This document shows, piece by piece, positions 26,184-38,744 of a stretch of 44,420 bases of DNA. The notes below the pieces were generated by a model. That model was not told the DNA's origin. It worked only from the letters and a program-made list of their open reading frames with translations, and searched no databases. This DNA is from Octopus bimaculoides (Eukaryota). The DNA is taken from contig NC_069001.1 in the NCBI RefSeq assembly GCF_001194135.2, positions 27,728,844 through 27,773,263 of the forward strand, in the 5' to 3' direction. Positions within the stretch are counted from its first letter, which is position 1, and each line of letters starts with the position of its first letter. A program made the position numbers and the translations under genes.

Positions 26184-26982
26184 CGAGAAGTTTATGGACG
26201 ACTTCTCTGATGACAGCACTTCGAACCAGGGATGGTAAAGAACTTCTTCGTGATTCACAAGGAATTCTGCGAAGATGGCGAGAACTCTTTAATGAACTTT
26301 TGAATCAGTAGTCTGTATTTAATGAGGATTTTCTCGATCTCATCCCTGAATTACCTGTGAAGGCGGCTCTCTCAGAACCACCAAAGTTGGAAGAAGTTGC
26401 AGTGGCTCGCTCAAGGATGAATAATGAGAGGTCTCCGGGTATGGATGGCATGCATGCGGAGTTGTTACAGCATGGTGGTGAGAACCTGCTGCAGCAACTT
26501 TCACTCCTTTTTTGGCAGGATATGGGTGAGTGAATATGTACCTGAAAACTGGAGAGATACAGTAACGGTAGTCTTATATAAGGGAAAGGGCAACAGGAAT
26601 GATTGTGGTAACTATAGGGGAATATCATTGCTTTATGTCGTAGGAAAGGTTTTATGCGGGGTACTTCTGGATCGTCTGCTGAAAGATGTTGCAAATTGTG
26701 TTATTCCAGAAAGTCCATCTGGCTTTCGTGTGGGACGCGGCACTGCTGATGAGATCTTTTTAGCTAGACAACTTCAGGAGAAGCGTGTGAAACAGGGTCT
26801 CGATTTACATCAGGTTCTTGTCAATCTGACAAAAGCTTTTGATACCGTTAATAGAAAAGCACTGTGGAAAGTCCTCCAGAAACTTGGTTATCATGAAAAT
26901 TACTTTATTGGTTAGGTATTTTCATGAAGACATGAATTGCAGGGTTAATGTTAGAGGTAAAATGTCGTAAGAATTCAAGTAA
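26184..26982 (+). mobile_element. RTE-clade LINE ORF2 fragment (linker plus RT N-terminal half), inactivated
   Basis: [38 protein letters not shown].....P..W......LYKGKG.R.DCGNYRGISLL...GKV, GFRVGRGTAD.IF..RQLQEK, NLTKAFDTVNR..LWKVLQKLG; contains stops and frameshifts. Confidence 0.93.
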
Positions 26983-27690
26983 AGTTGCTCCGAAAAGGGC
27001 TTCATTTTTACCAAAGAATTTCGGATAATGAATATGTTATTTCCCATGGTTATATATATGGATCCCTTCCAGGGGACCTATTATCCATTCTTTCAATAAT
27101 CTGAGTAAGCCATGAGGTATCCAGATATAACTTATACTCACGTGTCACCTTTCATCAAAATCGATAACCAATGTAGGGGGAGATAATAATAAATCAAAAA
27201 ACAAAAATAAACAGGTTTGACGGTTTTAAAGATATTTCAAATTTATGATGCTATGATGCTAAGTGTTTCCAATATTTTGTCCAAGCCCGTACCTATACAT
27301 AAACACATACATACCTACAGACAGACAGACAGACATACAGCGATAGATAGATAGATAGATAGATTGATTGAGGTAGTATATATGTGTGTACGTACTGCAT
27401 TTCTCTTTCGAAAGCTACAAATTAAGTATGCTGTATAAACAAAAAACAAAATATACATTCACGAATACGCGTATATATTTGCTTGAGTACGCGCGTGTCT
27501 ATATGTATGCATATGCATTACTGACAATGGGAGTGCATCACTGTTTCTTTCGCTCTCGCTCACGACCTGTATACTTGGCATATATATATATGTATGTATA
27601 TATATATATATATATGTATGTATATATATATATATGTAGATATCTATTTAAATATATATATATAGATATATATATATACAGAGAGATATG

Positions 27691-27730
<40 letters not shown>

Positions 27731-28077
27731 ACATACATATAGAGATATATACACATATAGATACACATCTATTCATATATATGTATATATATATATGTGT
27801 GTGTGTGTGTGTGCGTGTGTGTATGTATTTACGAAAAAAGTGACGCAGAGAGGCATGTGACGTTGCGTGTTTGCGTGACAATTTCTATGTTTCCCTTTCG
27901 AAATAGTACTCCTTCTCCATAAGTGTATGCACAAGTAGACACACTCACAAACACACATACGCGTGTATATATATATANNNNNNNNNNNNNNNNNNNNNNN
28001 NNNNNNNNNNNNNNNNNNNNNNNNNNNNNNNNNNNNNNNNNNNNNNNNNNNNNNNNNNNNNNNNNNNNNNNNNNNNN

Positions 28078-28119
<42 letters not shown>

Positions 28120-28590
28120 GTATTATATATATATATATATATATAACGTGAGTGTGTGCGTGCATACGTGAGCGTGTGCTTCTCAGAAAGTCATTCTGCT
28201 CGTCCATTGGATACCATTATGTAGATCTCCAGCGGCGTTATACATATTTTTCAATCTTATTTCATTAGACCTCTATTTATGTCATGTACAATCTGCACAC
28301 AACATGTAAACTTATCTCATGTAAGTATATTTACTTCCCCGAGCGATTTTAATATATCTCTATATCTCACAAGTTCTGTTAGACATAGAATATATCCTGT
28401 GTGATTATGTTTATATCTATGCGGCTTTGTGTCCATGTGTAAGCTACGTTTACATACGAGTGGATATAATTATGCGCTCACAAATATGAATAGGAATATG
28501 TCATATGAATATACGTGTGTGCGCGTGTATGTTTATAACAGAACGTGTGTACGTGTATTTATACGAAGAGGACTACACGCTCTTATCGAC

Positions 28591-28621
<31 letters not shown>

Positions 28622-28964
28622 NNNNNNNNNNNNNNNNNNNNNNNNNNNNNNNNNNNNNNNNNNNNNNNNNNNNNNNNNNNNNNNNNNNNNNNNNNNNNNN
28701 NNNNNNNNNNNNNNNNNNNNNNNNNNNNNNNNNNNNNNNNNNNNNNNNNNNNNNNNNNNNNNNNNNNNNNNNNNNNNNNNNNNNNNNNNNNNNNNNNNNN
28801 NNNNNNNNNNNNNNNNNNNNNNNNNNNNNNNNNNNNNNNNNNNNNNNNNNNNNNNNNNNNNNNNNNNNNNNNNNNNNNNNNNNNNNNNNNNNNNNNNNNN
28901 NNNNNNNNNNNNNNNNNNNNNNNNNNNNNNNNNNNNNNNNNNNNNNNNNNNNNNNNNNNNNNNN

Positions 28965-29008
<44 letters not shown>

Positions 29009-29465
29009 GCATACATACATATATATATGTTTGTATATACATATGCATGTGTGTATATATGTATATATAATATACGTAAATTATATAAATGCAAATTTGT
29101 ACGATATATCAAATAAACGACTATATTCAAGGCTAGTGATTTCGCATATCTCCAGTTTCCACTGTTTGAATTTTGAATGAAGTTTAACAAAATGCATATT
29201 TATATATAGATACACAAAGACACGCACACATACATACCAACGCACGTGCGCACGCACGCATACTCACACATATATCCACACACTCCAACACACACCAATA
29301 CAAAACAACACACACACACGAGCACACAGTCTCAAACACGCACACTGAACCACTCTGCCATGTATACATGAATATATATATTTGTGTGTTTGTGTATGTG
29401 TGTGTGCACGAGTGTATGCGCACATATGTGTGTATGTGTACGTATGTGTGCGTCTGCATGCGTGT

Positions 29466-29565
29466 AGGTGCATGGCTTCGTGGTTAGACTCCTACATTCA
29501 TAACCGGAATCCCGTTTTTTGATTCCGGGATCGATTGATGCGTTTTATTCTTGAGCAAAACTCCT
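29466..29565 (+). mobile_element. Degenerate tRNA-SINE head
   Basis: GGTGCATGGCTTCGTGGTTAGA A-box-like, TTTGATTCC B-box-like, TTCTTGAGCAAAAC CORE-like; similar to 4595-4723. Confidence 0.55.
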
Positions 29566-31173
29566 GACTCTGGTAGCTAAATTGAAGAAATATTTGACCA
29601 CATTCAGTAATGGCGCATATATACATCACATAACACATAATCCAGAAAACTGGCCTTATGGTTGATAAAAGAACTTCATGAAGGTTGCTCTGATCAGTAT
29701 GCAGAAAAGGTAAATATTTTTTTTTTGTAGATTAAGTAGATATAATTCGCCCCTGCTTTTCAATCTCAGTACTGAAGCTACGCACATCACTGCTGTAATT
29801 ATTCCCTTGGTTCCTTCCTATATATTGTGCACTTATATATGTATGTATATAACGTGTGGCTACTTATATAGTGGTATGTGTGTTGACGCTATATATATAT
29901 ATATACATATATATATAGATGTATGTATCTTTCCCTTGTTTACAATTAACACGGAACAATATATAAACAGTTGCCAGGGTAGCACATACAAGTGAAAAGG
30001 GCGTAACACCTTGTTTTTAAAGGTAGAAATTCTGGGTTTATGTGAAATATTTTCTTTGATGTATATTAATAAATACATCAGGTATTATTCAAATTCTTTT
30101 ACTTCCGACACCAGTTTCGAAGATATAATTGGTATTATTCCAAAGGAATAAAATGATGTAAAACAAAGTAATCTTCTCTTCAGGGAAATGAAGAAATAAA
30201 ACTCATTAATAAGACATTTTAACAGAATACGATGGATATGTATAGGATGAACTGAACGCTATTAAGTTGGTTTTTTTTTTACAAAATCGTTAGATATAAC
30301 GTCAAAAGTAGCCTATAGAAAGAGGAGGGGTAAAGGATAGAAACAATCAGAAACAAAATAAATGAAAAATATAGAACGATAAGTGAATTAAATAAAACCC
30401 TAATGTCTTGGAAAAAAATATATCAAGTGCAAATAAAATATAAGAAGAAAATCAATGTTTAATTTATATATAATGGTAGATATTAATTACATGAACTAAA
30501 GGTGTGTTTCTGCCAATGTTTACATCGATAAGCACGCTCTACAACCGTGTATACAAGGGGATTTTTTAGAAAAATACAATAGTTCAAAATTGCAGAGAAG
30601 ACAAAATTCCTTGCCTTTTACATAAGGAAACGAAATACAGTGAATCAACCAATCTAAATTGAATTGTTTATTATGGTCTTTTAGATACCAAATTTATTTA
30701 CTAAGCCCTATACTGTTACGTATATTCCTATCCCTAAATTGCATTATCTTACAGCATTTCATTCCTTTAGAATAATTCCAAAGATATCTTCGAAACATGT
30801 TTCCGAAGTAAAAGAATTTGAATAACAACTGCGTTTAACTCCNNNNNNNNNNNNNNNNNNNNNNNNNNNNNNNNNNNNNNNNNNNNNNNNNNNNNNNNNN
30901 NNNNNNNNNNNNNNNNNNNNNNNNNNNNNNNNNNNNNNNNNNNNNNNNNNNNNNNNNNNNNNNNNNNNNNNNNNNNNNNNNNNNNNNNNNNNNNNNNNNN
31001 NNNNNNNNNNNNNNNNNNNNNNNNNNNNNNNNNNNNNNNNNNNNNNNNNNNNNNNNNNNNNNNNNNNNNNNNNNNNNNNNNNNNNNNNNNNNNNNNNNNN
31101 NNNNNNNNNNNNNNNNNNNNNNNNNNNNNNNNNNNNNNNNNNNNNNNNNNNNNNNNNNNNNTGTGTGTGTGTG

Positions 31174-31810
31174 TTAATTTAAAATATAGAGATGCCTATA
31201 ATAGGACATCTACCCGCTAGAAAGAGTAGCAAAAAACTCTATACCACAAAATTAGGGATAATTTCGAAAGAGAATGAAAAATAAAAACATTTTTACCAGT
31301 CTACACTCTGTACCATGGTTTCAAGCTATTTAGCTAGATAAAATTATATCTAACTCCGGGGCTTTCATCAGCAGAGATCCTGATTAGCGTGTAAACACGA
31401 GCCAAGGAAAGAACCTGACTCGAGATTTACATGCTTAATTTCCTAAAAATTAACCACGCATGTGCGCATTAACTGATCGGCAGTAAATGTAAAACAAATG
31501 CCGATTTTATTTAATAAATTAGCCCAAAAATATATCGTTATTAATCATAGGGCAGCAAAATAAATTTTAGAAATTTAATTTACCACCAGTGGTCCCGCGA
31601 GAATAAAAACATAGTCAATAGACTACATATATATTAATTTAAAATATAAAAGATGCCTATAATAGGACATCTACCCGCTAGAAAGAGTAGCAAAAAACTC
31701 TATACCACAAAAATAGGGATAATTTCGAAAGGGAATGAAAAATAAAAACATGTTTACCAGTATACACTCTGTACCATGGTTTCAAGCTATTTAGCTAGAT
31801 AGAATTATAT
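31174..31810. repeat. Pair of ~176-bp near-identical direct repeats with 284-bp spacer
   Basis: 31174-31349 versus 31634-31810, only about 6-7 differences by eye. Confidence 0.92.
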
Positions 31811-32316
31811 GTGTATATAATTATATATATATTTGAAACAGGCATATAGAAAATTCTGTCATGAGGAATTGTATTAGAAATTACTTCCTTCCTCTTTCGA
31901 TATCAAGATTTAATAAATAAGGAAACCTAGGCTATAGGACTGTTTGCATGATATTTTTGCCTGAGGTTTTATGAGCATGCAGGCTGACTCTGTAGGCGTA
32001 TGTAATTTCAGTGTATCAACAAAACAACGTGTATGACACCTTCTCTGATTCGTATTAAAGCCCATGACAATGCAGTTTATATATCTGTTCCTAAAGCATG
32101 TCTTTGGAGATACCTGCTTATCAAAGGTGGCACTGAAGTTGTTCTTAATATTCTTAATACACATGATTATGAATGAAGTAATTCTGAAATGACAGACTAA
32201 AATTTTGAAATATAATGAAGAAGTGCACAGAAAAACATGCCCGCATACGGAATGTATACACCAGACGTCACCACCCACACATCTGCACACGCACTCGCGC
32301 GCGCACATACATATAC

Positions 32317-32381
<65 letters not shown>

Positions 32382-32972
32382 TGCATGCCAAGTATCATAA
32401 ATCTAATAGGATTATTGAGTTATGCCTTCACCTGTCTGTCATAAACGAGAAACTTACATTACAACGGCAAAACGATAGTTAATTGGCCTCAGGAGAGTTC
32501 ACCCGGGCGTTAATATATCAACCGACGATTTTTTGATTGCACATGCGCAGTACTATGCAAGACTTAAATTCCTATTTTTAATTCGGCAAATAATAAAATA
32601 TTTCCGCTTTGATATTTCAAATTTAACTGCTCTTGTTTCTTTCACTGCAATTGCCTAATTTTCATGACTGTTGTATATGAACGCCTCTCAGCATAAGAAC
32701 CATTGCAATGAGGCCTTTCCTATATCTGTGAAATTGGGATATCATCTAATTTGCCTCACTTGGAACGAAGAGAGAGTGGATACCTAATTATTTTCGAGGT
32801 ATGTCCTCAAGTGAAAATGCGTCTAGAATCTGAAATTGTTTCTTAACCTCTGTTTTCGAATGATACATATCTATCGGTATGGTTATCTGGGTCTAATTAT
32901 TTACATAGGGAGAATCATTTATTCCCAGTAGTAATTATATTATGCTGGTGTATCTCAGACAACAGGGTTATA

Positions 32973-33134
32973 CAGTTCTATATTTAAGAGATGAGGAATT
33001 ATGTACAATATTTATATTTGACGGATATTTGTCCTCATCTTAACCACTACACTATATGCCCATGGGCATATGGCGTAGTGATTAGGAGCGCGGGCTACTA
33101 ACCCCAAGATTCTGAGTTCGATTCCAGGTAGAGA

Positions 33135-33202
<68 letters not shown>

Positions 33203-33342
33203 TCGAAAAATACCTTAGGAATGAAAACTCAGGTTCGGAATTTTCTCAAGACACCTGATGAAGTATGGGGGGTATATCAACCGAAACGTTGTGTTAATAT
33301 CAAAGAAGATAAGGACAAATATCCGTCTAATGTAAGTAATGT
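32973..33342 (+). mobile_element. Non-autonomous element: inverted arm, tRNA-like Pol III head, (AAT)n, hammerhead-bearing PLE-type tail; 12-bp TSD
   Basis: TSD AACAGGGTTATA at 32961-32972 and 33343-33354; A box TGGCGTAGTGA 33071-33081; B box GAGTTCGATTCC 33114-33125; hammerhead core at 33250-33295; left arm is the reverse complement of the tail and of the first 21 nt of the head. Confidence 0.85.
33250..33295 (+). ncRNA. Minimal type I hammerhead ribozyme motif (stem II degraded in this copy)
   Basis: GACAC(stem I) CTGATGA (33255-33261) A GTATG-loop-CAACC GAAA (33283-33286) CG TT| GTGTT(stem I'); layout as in PLE hammerheads CUGANGA-A-stemII-GAAACGUH. Confidence 0.75.
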
Positions 33343-34347
33343 AACAGGGTTATAGTATAGTATAGTAAAACAACTGGGTAACGCTGTTAGTACGAGAGGT
33401 TCGGAAGTTAAAGGGGGTGGATGAAATACTGTAAATGAGTAAATTAAGAAAAGTTAAAAAGACTTATAAGAAGTTATGAACAATCAACTGGCAATAATTG
33501 TTTGCCAAGTATGATTGAGTAGATCTAAACACACAAGTGTTTCAGCTGTTACCAGATGTACAGCTTCCTGGATTTGTTTTTCCCCCAGACATGTGGCTTC
33601 TATGTTTGCGTTATCCATTTGAACTCCCTCTCATTTTTAACGATGTGTGTATAAACAAATACTGTCAAGTTTTACTCAGACTTAATAACGTGGTGGAGTT
33701 AATAAGATTTGCTGAAACTTAAATAGATTAAATTTCACCCATAGAAAGAAGATCAGAGACACCTTCCATGATATTAATAAAATAGGTGACGATTGGATTA
33801 CATCCTAAGCGAATAGATTCAATGTCAGATTAATGGAACAATTCAGTATTTTGAACCAGCCAGACAGCCAACAAGAAAGAGAACGTATATACAATATACA
33901 CTTTACAGATATGAATTTTAATGTTTAACCCAAATCTTTCTACTGTTACACATGCAGGCCAGCACATCTTATTAAGGTCACAAATACGATTCTCTGTCAT
34001 TTATGTATTCCTCATTTCCATCCCCGTTTCTGCTATAAAACGGCAATGGCCACGGTCACTGAATCTATTTTCCGGATTGATAAGATTTAAAACGACTCTG
34101 TTTTAAAGATATATATAAATAATTTAGTACCTTCGGCAAGGCTAATGTTGTTAGCATTGCTGTTTAGATACAAGCCAGTCTTCATCACTAAGGACTATGC
34201 GGAAAAGAATTTCAGTCCGTAAAATGCCATCCCCTTCGGATTGCTTAGATGCATAGTCTATGAGGATAGACTATGAGGATAACAGTCCCAGTACATTGGG
34301 ATTGTTACCATTTCCTCATAAATAATATAATTAAACTTGAATATCAG

Positions 34348-34554
34348 TTTCCAATTTTGAAACAAGGCCAGCTATTTCGGTGTTAGGAGTAAGTCGATTA
34401 GATCCACAACACTGTTCAAACAGTAGTTATTTTATCGATCTTTATGAAGGGCAAAGACGACCTCAACAGATTTTTAGCTCAGAAACGTAAAAACGAAGAA
34501 AATTGTGCTAAGCATTTTATCCGACCTGCTAACGATTCGGCCAGCTCACCGCCT
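34348..34554 (-). mobile_element. Nin/Deu-like tRNA SINE
   Basis: AAGTCGATTA...TTTTATCGATC...GGCAAAGACGACCTC...GCTAAGCATTTT...GCTAACGATTCGGCCAGCTCACCGCC. Confidence 0.8.
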
Positions 34555-34576
34555 TAGACAATGCTTAGACAGTGAC

Positions 34577-34785
34577 TTCAAATTCTGACACAATGCCAGT
34601 AGTTTCGGAGTCAGGAATAAGTCAATTGCATCGACGCCAGTACTCAAACGGTACTCATTTTATCGATCCCGAAATAATGAAAAGTAAAGTCAGCCTCGCC
34701 AGAATTTACACTCATAATGTAAGATGGACGAAATACCGCTAAAAATGTTGGCCAATGTGTTAACGATTCTGCGTGTGCACTGTCT
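34577..34785 (-). mobile_element. Nin/Deu-like tRNA SINE (tandem neighbour)
   Basis: GGTACTCATTTTATCGATCCCGAAATAATGAAAAGTAAAGTC...GACGAAATACCGCTAA...TAACGATTCTGC. Confidence 0.8.
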
Positions 34786-35274
34786 TTACATTGCTTTAAT
34801 ATTAGCGTTTAATTTTAAGAGGTTGTGTGACATACACAATCCTATATGTCCTTTCTGAATTTAAGACAGAGAATGTACGATTTAAGTAAGATTCAGCCGC
34901 TATTTGTACAAGGCCTACAAGCTCATATACCGCTAAACTTTTCGCTCATCTGCCGATAGATTATCTGATATGGTTTACCAATCAATAAGCAAACATTTTC
35001 ACATTTCTTTTGTCTCACAGAAACAGATACAACTATGGAAGAAACAACCCTGACACGCATGTACTTCTAAGTAAACTAACCCCCAAAACATAAGAAATTG
35101 TCGAGGCTTTTAAAGATTTTATGTGGATATCGATTCTTGTATTGAAATGGCTTATATTCCAACACTGCAGAAGGATTAAATGCAAAGGTTGCTTTTCTGC
35201 ATGAAAACTTGCCAATAAATAACGCAAGGTAGTTTCATCCTTAAGCCCTATTGAGTCCGATAAATCAAAACGCT

Positions 35275-35433
<159 letters not shown>

Positions 35434-35616
35434 TGTTTGTTTTTTGATTCCTCGTTAGATACCGAACACTAAACTGTCATATTATGATGAGTCTTTTCCG
35501 AACAATTATTGATATACTTATAAACTGTTAATATTGTTTAACAGGTGGTTGTCAAATATGAACACTGGCTTCATAAAACTTACGTCAAAGTTGTGTATGC
35601 ATAGATATATAGACAT

Positions 35617-35847
35617 ATTTCTTTATTGCCCACAGGGGGCTAAACATAGAGGGGACAAACAAGGACAGACAAAGGGATTAAGTCGATTACATCGACTCCA
35701 GTGCGTAACTGGTACCTATTTAATCGACTCCGAAAGGATGAAAAGCAAAGTCGACCTCGGTGGAATTTTAACTCAGAACGTAGCGGCAGACGAAAAACTG
35801 GTAAGCATTTCGCCCGGGGTGCTAACCTTTCTGCCAGCTCGCCTCCT
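35617..35847 (-). mobile_element. Nin/Deu-like tRNA SINE with alternative 3' tail
   Basis: Best-preserved copy: minus strand AGGCGAGCTGGCAGAAAGGTTAGC (A-box-like), GAGTTAAAATTCC (B-box-like), GCTTTTCATCCTTTCGGAGTCGATTAAATAGGTACC; distinct tail 35617-35678. Confidence 0.85.
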
Positions 35848-36014
35848 TTTATATATNNNNNNNNNNNNNNNNNNNNNNNNNNNNNNNNNNNNNNNNNNNN
35901 NNNNNNNNNNNNNNNNNNNNNNNNNNNNNNNNNNNNNNNNNNNNNNNNNNNNNNNNNNNNNNNNNNNNNNNNNNNNNNNNNNNNNNNNNNNATATATATA
36001 TATATATATATATA

Positions 36015-36203
36015 GGGCCAGCAATTTCAGGAAAGATGTAAGTCGCTAACATCAACTCAAAGCTCAGCTGTTGCTTATTTAATTATCCCTTTAAAGAATG
36101 AAAGGCAAACTCGACCTCGACGGATATTGAACTAAGAACGTAAAGATGGATGAAACACCGCAAAGCATTTTGTCCAGTGTGCTAACGGTTCTGCCAGCTC
36201 AAC
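36015..36203 (-). mobile_element. Nin/Deu-like tRNA SINE
   Basis: GAATGAAAGGCAAACTCGACCTCGACGGA...GAACGTAAAGATGGATGAAA...GTGCTAACGGTTCTGCCAGCTC. Confidence 0.8.
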
Positions 36204-36927
36204 ATTATATATCATAATATATATCGACCAGAGACATATGATGAAACGAACTCCAACCACAATCGATGCATAAATCTGTATGATCATTTATAAAATTTTA
36301 CACAATTTGAACACATCGCATACTTTTTTGTTCTAAGCAGTGTGAAATTGCAGAAACATTTCGCTGTTATTTCTAGATGCTTTAGAAACCACATAGACAC
36401 TGCTACATGTATACGTGTGCGTATGTCGCTGTAGATATTTGCCTAACGCGCATTGCAACGAATCCCTCGTACATATTCATTTCAGTATATCTTTAGTTAC
36501 CTAATATACATATTTTGTTTAAAACTCTGGATATTGATGTGCCTAGAAGAAAAATGTCGTGTACGTTTTTAATAGATTTAGTATTTGTTGGATAAAACAT
36601 TTCCAAAATCATGCTTTCTTCTTAATCTTATACATCGCGTCATTGTATGTTCTTGGGAGTGAAAAATATAAGAAAAGGCGAAAGTATTCCCATGTTAACA
36701 TCCAACTTTAATTCCAGTAACGTAGTTTATTTTACGAATGCATAATGGTATTCTTATTAGAGAAATTCGTGAACGTAAACTTTGCTGACAGACATTTACA
36801 CTAGTGAATTTAATAATATGTGAATCCATTATACAAGTACACACGTACGTGTATACATGTGTGCATATGTATCTGCCTGTCTGTGTGTGTGTGTATGGGT
36901 CTGTATATTTGTATGTATGTATGTATG

Positions 36928-37012
<85 letters not shown>

Positions 37013-37783
37013 GCATGCAAGTATGTATGTGTGTATGTATACAGTTTGCTGAAATTCTTGCCAGCTATTTTTGCTTTAAAGCTCTGTCCATTAGAAGCAT
37101 TTAATGCAATTGGTTCCAATCCAATCGACCTCTTTGAATGTTTCCATTGAAATGCTAATCGCTAAATCCTTTAGGAGTGCATTTAAAATGTTGTGCGGCT
37201 GCAAAGACATCAGAAAACTGCACGTTTATTACGAGCATTACGATACACCATGCCAAAAATTTAAATGAATTCCGAATTCTGATTACACTAACAGCCTTAT
37301 ATTTATGTGAAAAGATGTGCGCAGTTTTTATATCTACGATTACACATGAACAAATACAAAACACACTGATGTGATGTGGTTCAAAGAATTAAGAATAACG
37401 AAATGTGAGTGGAGGAAATAGAGTGACACAGTTTCGAATTATCTCTATCTTTAATAGCAGAAATCTGAAGCAAGGACAAGAATGACATAGTCTACTATAA
37501 GAGCCTGTGCATGCCCCATATGTACGTATGTATGTATGTCGTATGTATATATAGGTGTGTATATATATATTCATACGTGTTTGTGTGTGTATGTGTGTGC
37601 GTGTATATTTTTATTGAAGCTGCAATATCTACACAAGCTGGTATACATGACGATTTTCCAGCTTAAATAAAAGCATATCACTGCACCTTCAGTAATCGTG
37701 TTCTCTCTTTCTCTCTCTCTTTCTCTTTCTCTTTCCCTCTCTCTTTCTCCCTCCCTCTCTCTTTCTCCCTCCCTCTCTCTTTT

Positions 37784-37826
<43 letters not shown>

Positions 37827-37831
37827 GCTCT

Positions 37832-38217
37832 CTCTTTTACTCTTTTGTTTCTGTCATTTGACTGTGGCCATGCTGGAGCACCGCCTTTAGTCGAGCAAAT
37901 CGACCCCAGGCCTTATTTTTGGAAGCCCAGCACTTATTCTATCGTTCTCTTTTGCCGAACTGCTAAGTTACAGTGACGTAAACACACCACCATTGGTTGT
38001 CAAGCGATGTTCGAGGACAAACACAGACACACAAAGATATACACATACATATACACATATATACGACCAGTTTTCGTCTACCAAATCCACTCACAAGGTT
38101 TTGGTCAACCCGAGGCTATAGTAGAAGACACTTTCCCAAGGTGCCACGCAGTGGGACTGAACCCAGACCCATGTGGTTGGTAAGTAAGCTACATACCACA
38201 CAGCCACTCCTACGCCT
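37832..38217 (-). mobile_element. Full-length CORE-like tRNA SINE
   Basis: Minus strand AGGCGTAGGAGTGGCTGTGTGGTA...GGGTTCAGTCCCACTGCGTGGCACCTTGGG...; 3' module ends GGCGGTGCTCCAGCATGGCCACAGTCAAATGACAGAAAC and a purine-rich tail. Confidence 0.9.
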
Positions 38218-38697
38218 ATANNNNNNNNNNNNNNNNNNNNNNNNNNNNNNNNNNNNNNNNNNNNNNNNNNNNNNNNNNNNNNNNNNNNNNNNNNNNNNNN
38301 NNNNNNNNNNNNNNNNNNNNNNNNNNNNNNNNNNNNNNNNNNNNNNNNNNNNNNNNNNNNNNNNNNNNNNNNNNNNNNNNNNNNNNNNNNNNNNNNNNNN
38401 NNNNNNNNNNNNNNNNNNNNNNNNNNNNNNNNNNNNNNNNNNNNNNNNNNNNNNNNNNNNNNNNNNNNNNNNNNNNNNNNNNNNNNNNNNNNNNNNNNNN
38501 NNNNNACACATGAGACACACATAAGAAAGAAGGAAACAAAGGACCACTGATCAGGTCACAGTCACAGAAGTGTGACGAAAGAACTCTGGCCGAAATAAGA
38601 TTAAGATTAATGTAAAGTAAAGCTGAAGCAAATTAACATCAAATATACAGTGCGTGTGTTTTTATTGGCTAAACTGGCAATATGACCATCCCCAAGT

Positions 38698-38744
<47 letters not shown>

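Noticed and set aside
31910-32398. 162-aa minus ORF and a possible 70-bp exon at 32114-32183
   Set aside because: Starts in microsatellite, no recognisable domain, and no linked exons.
496-33130. tRNA-like sequences at 496-575, 4650-4723, 29466-29530 and 33064-33130 as tRNA genes
   Set aside because: Acceptor and T stems do not pair and each continues into SINE body sequence; they are SINE heads.
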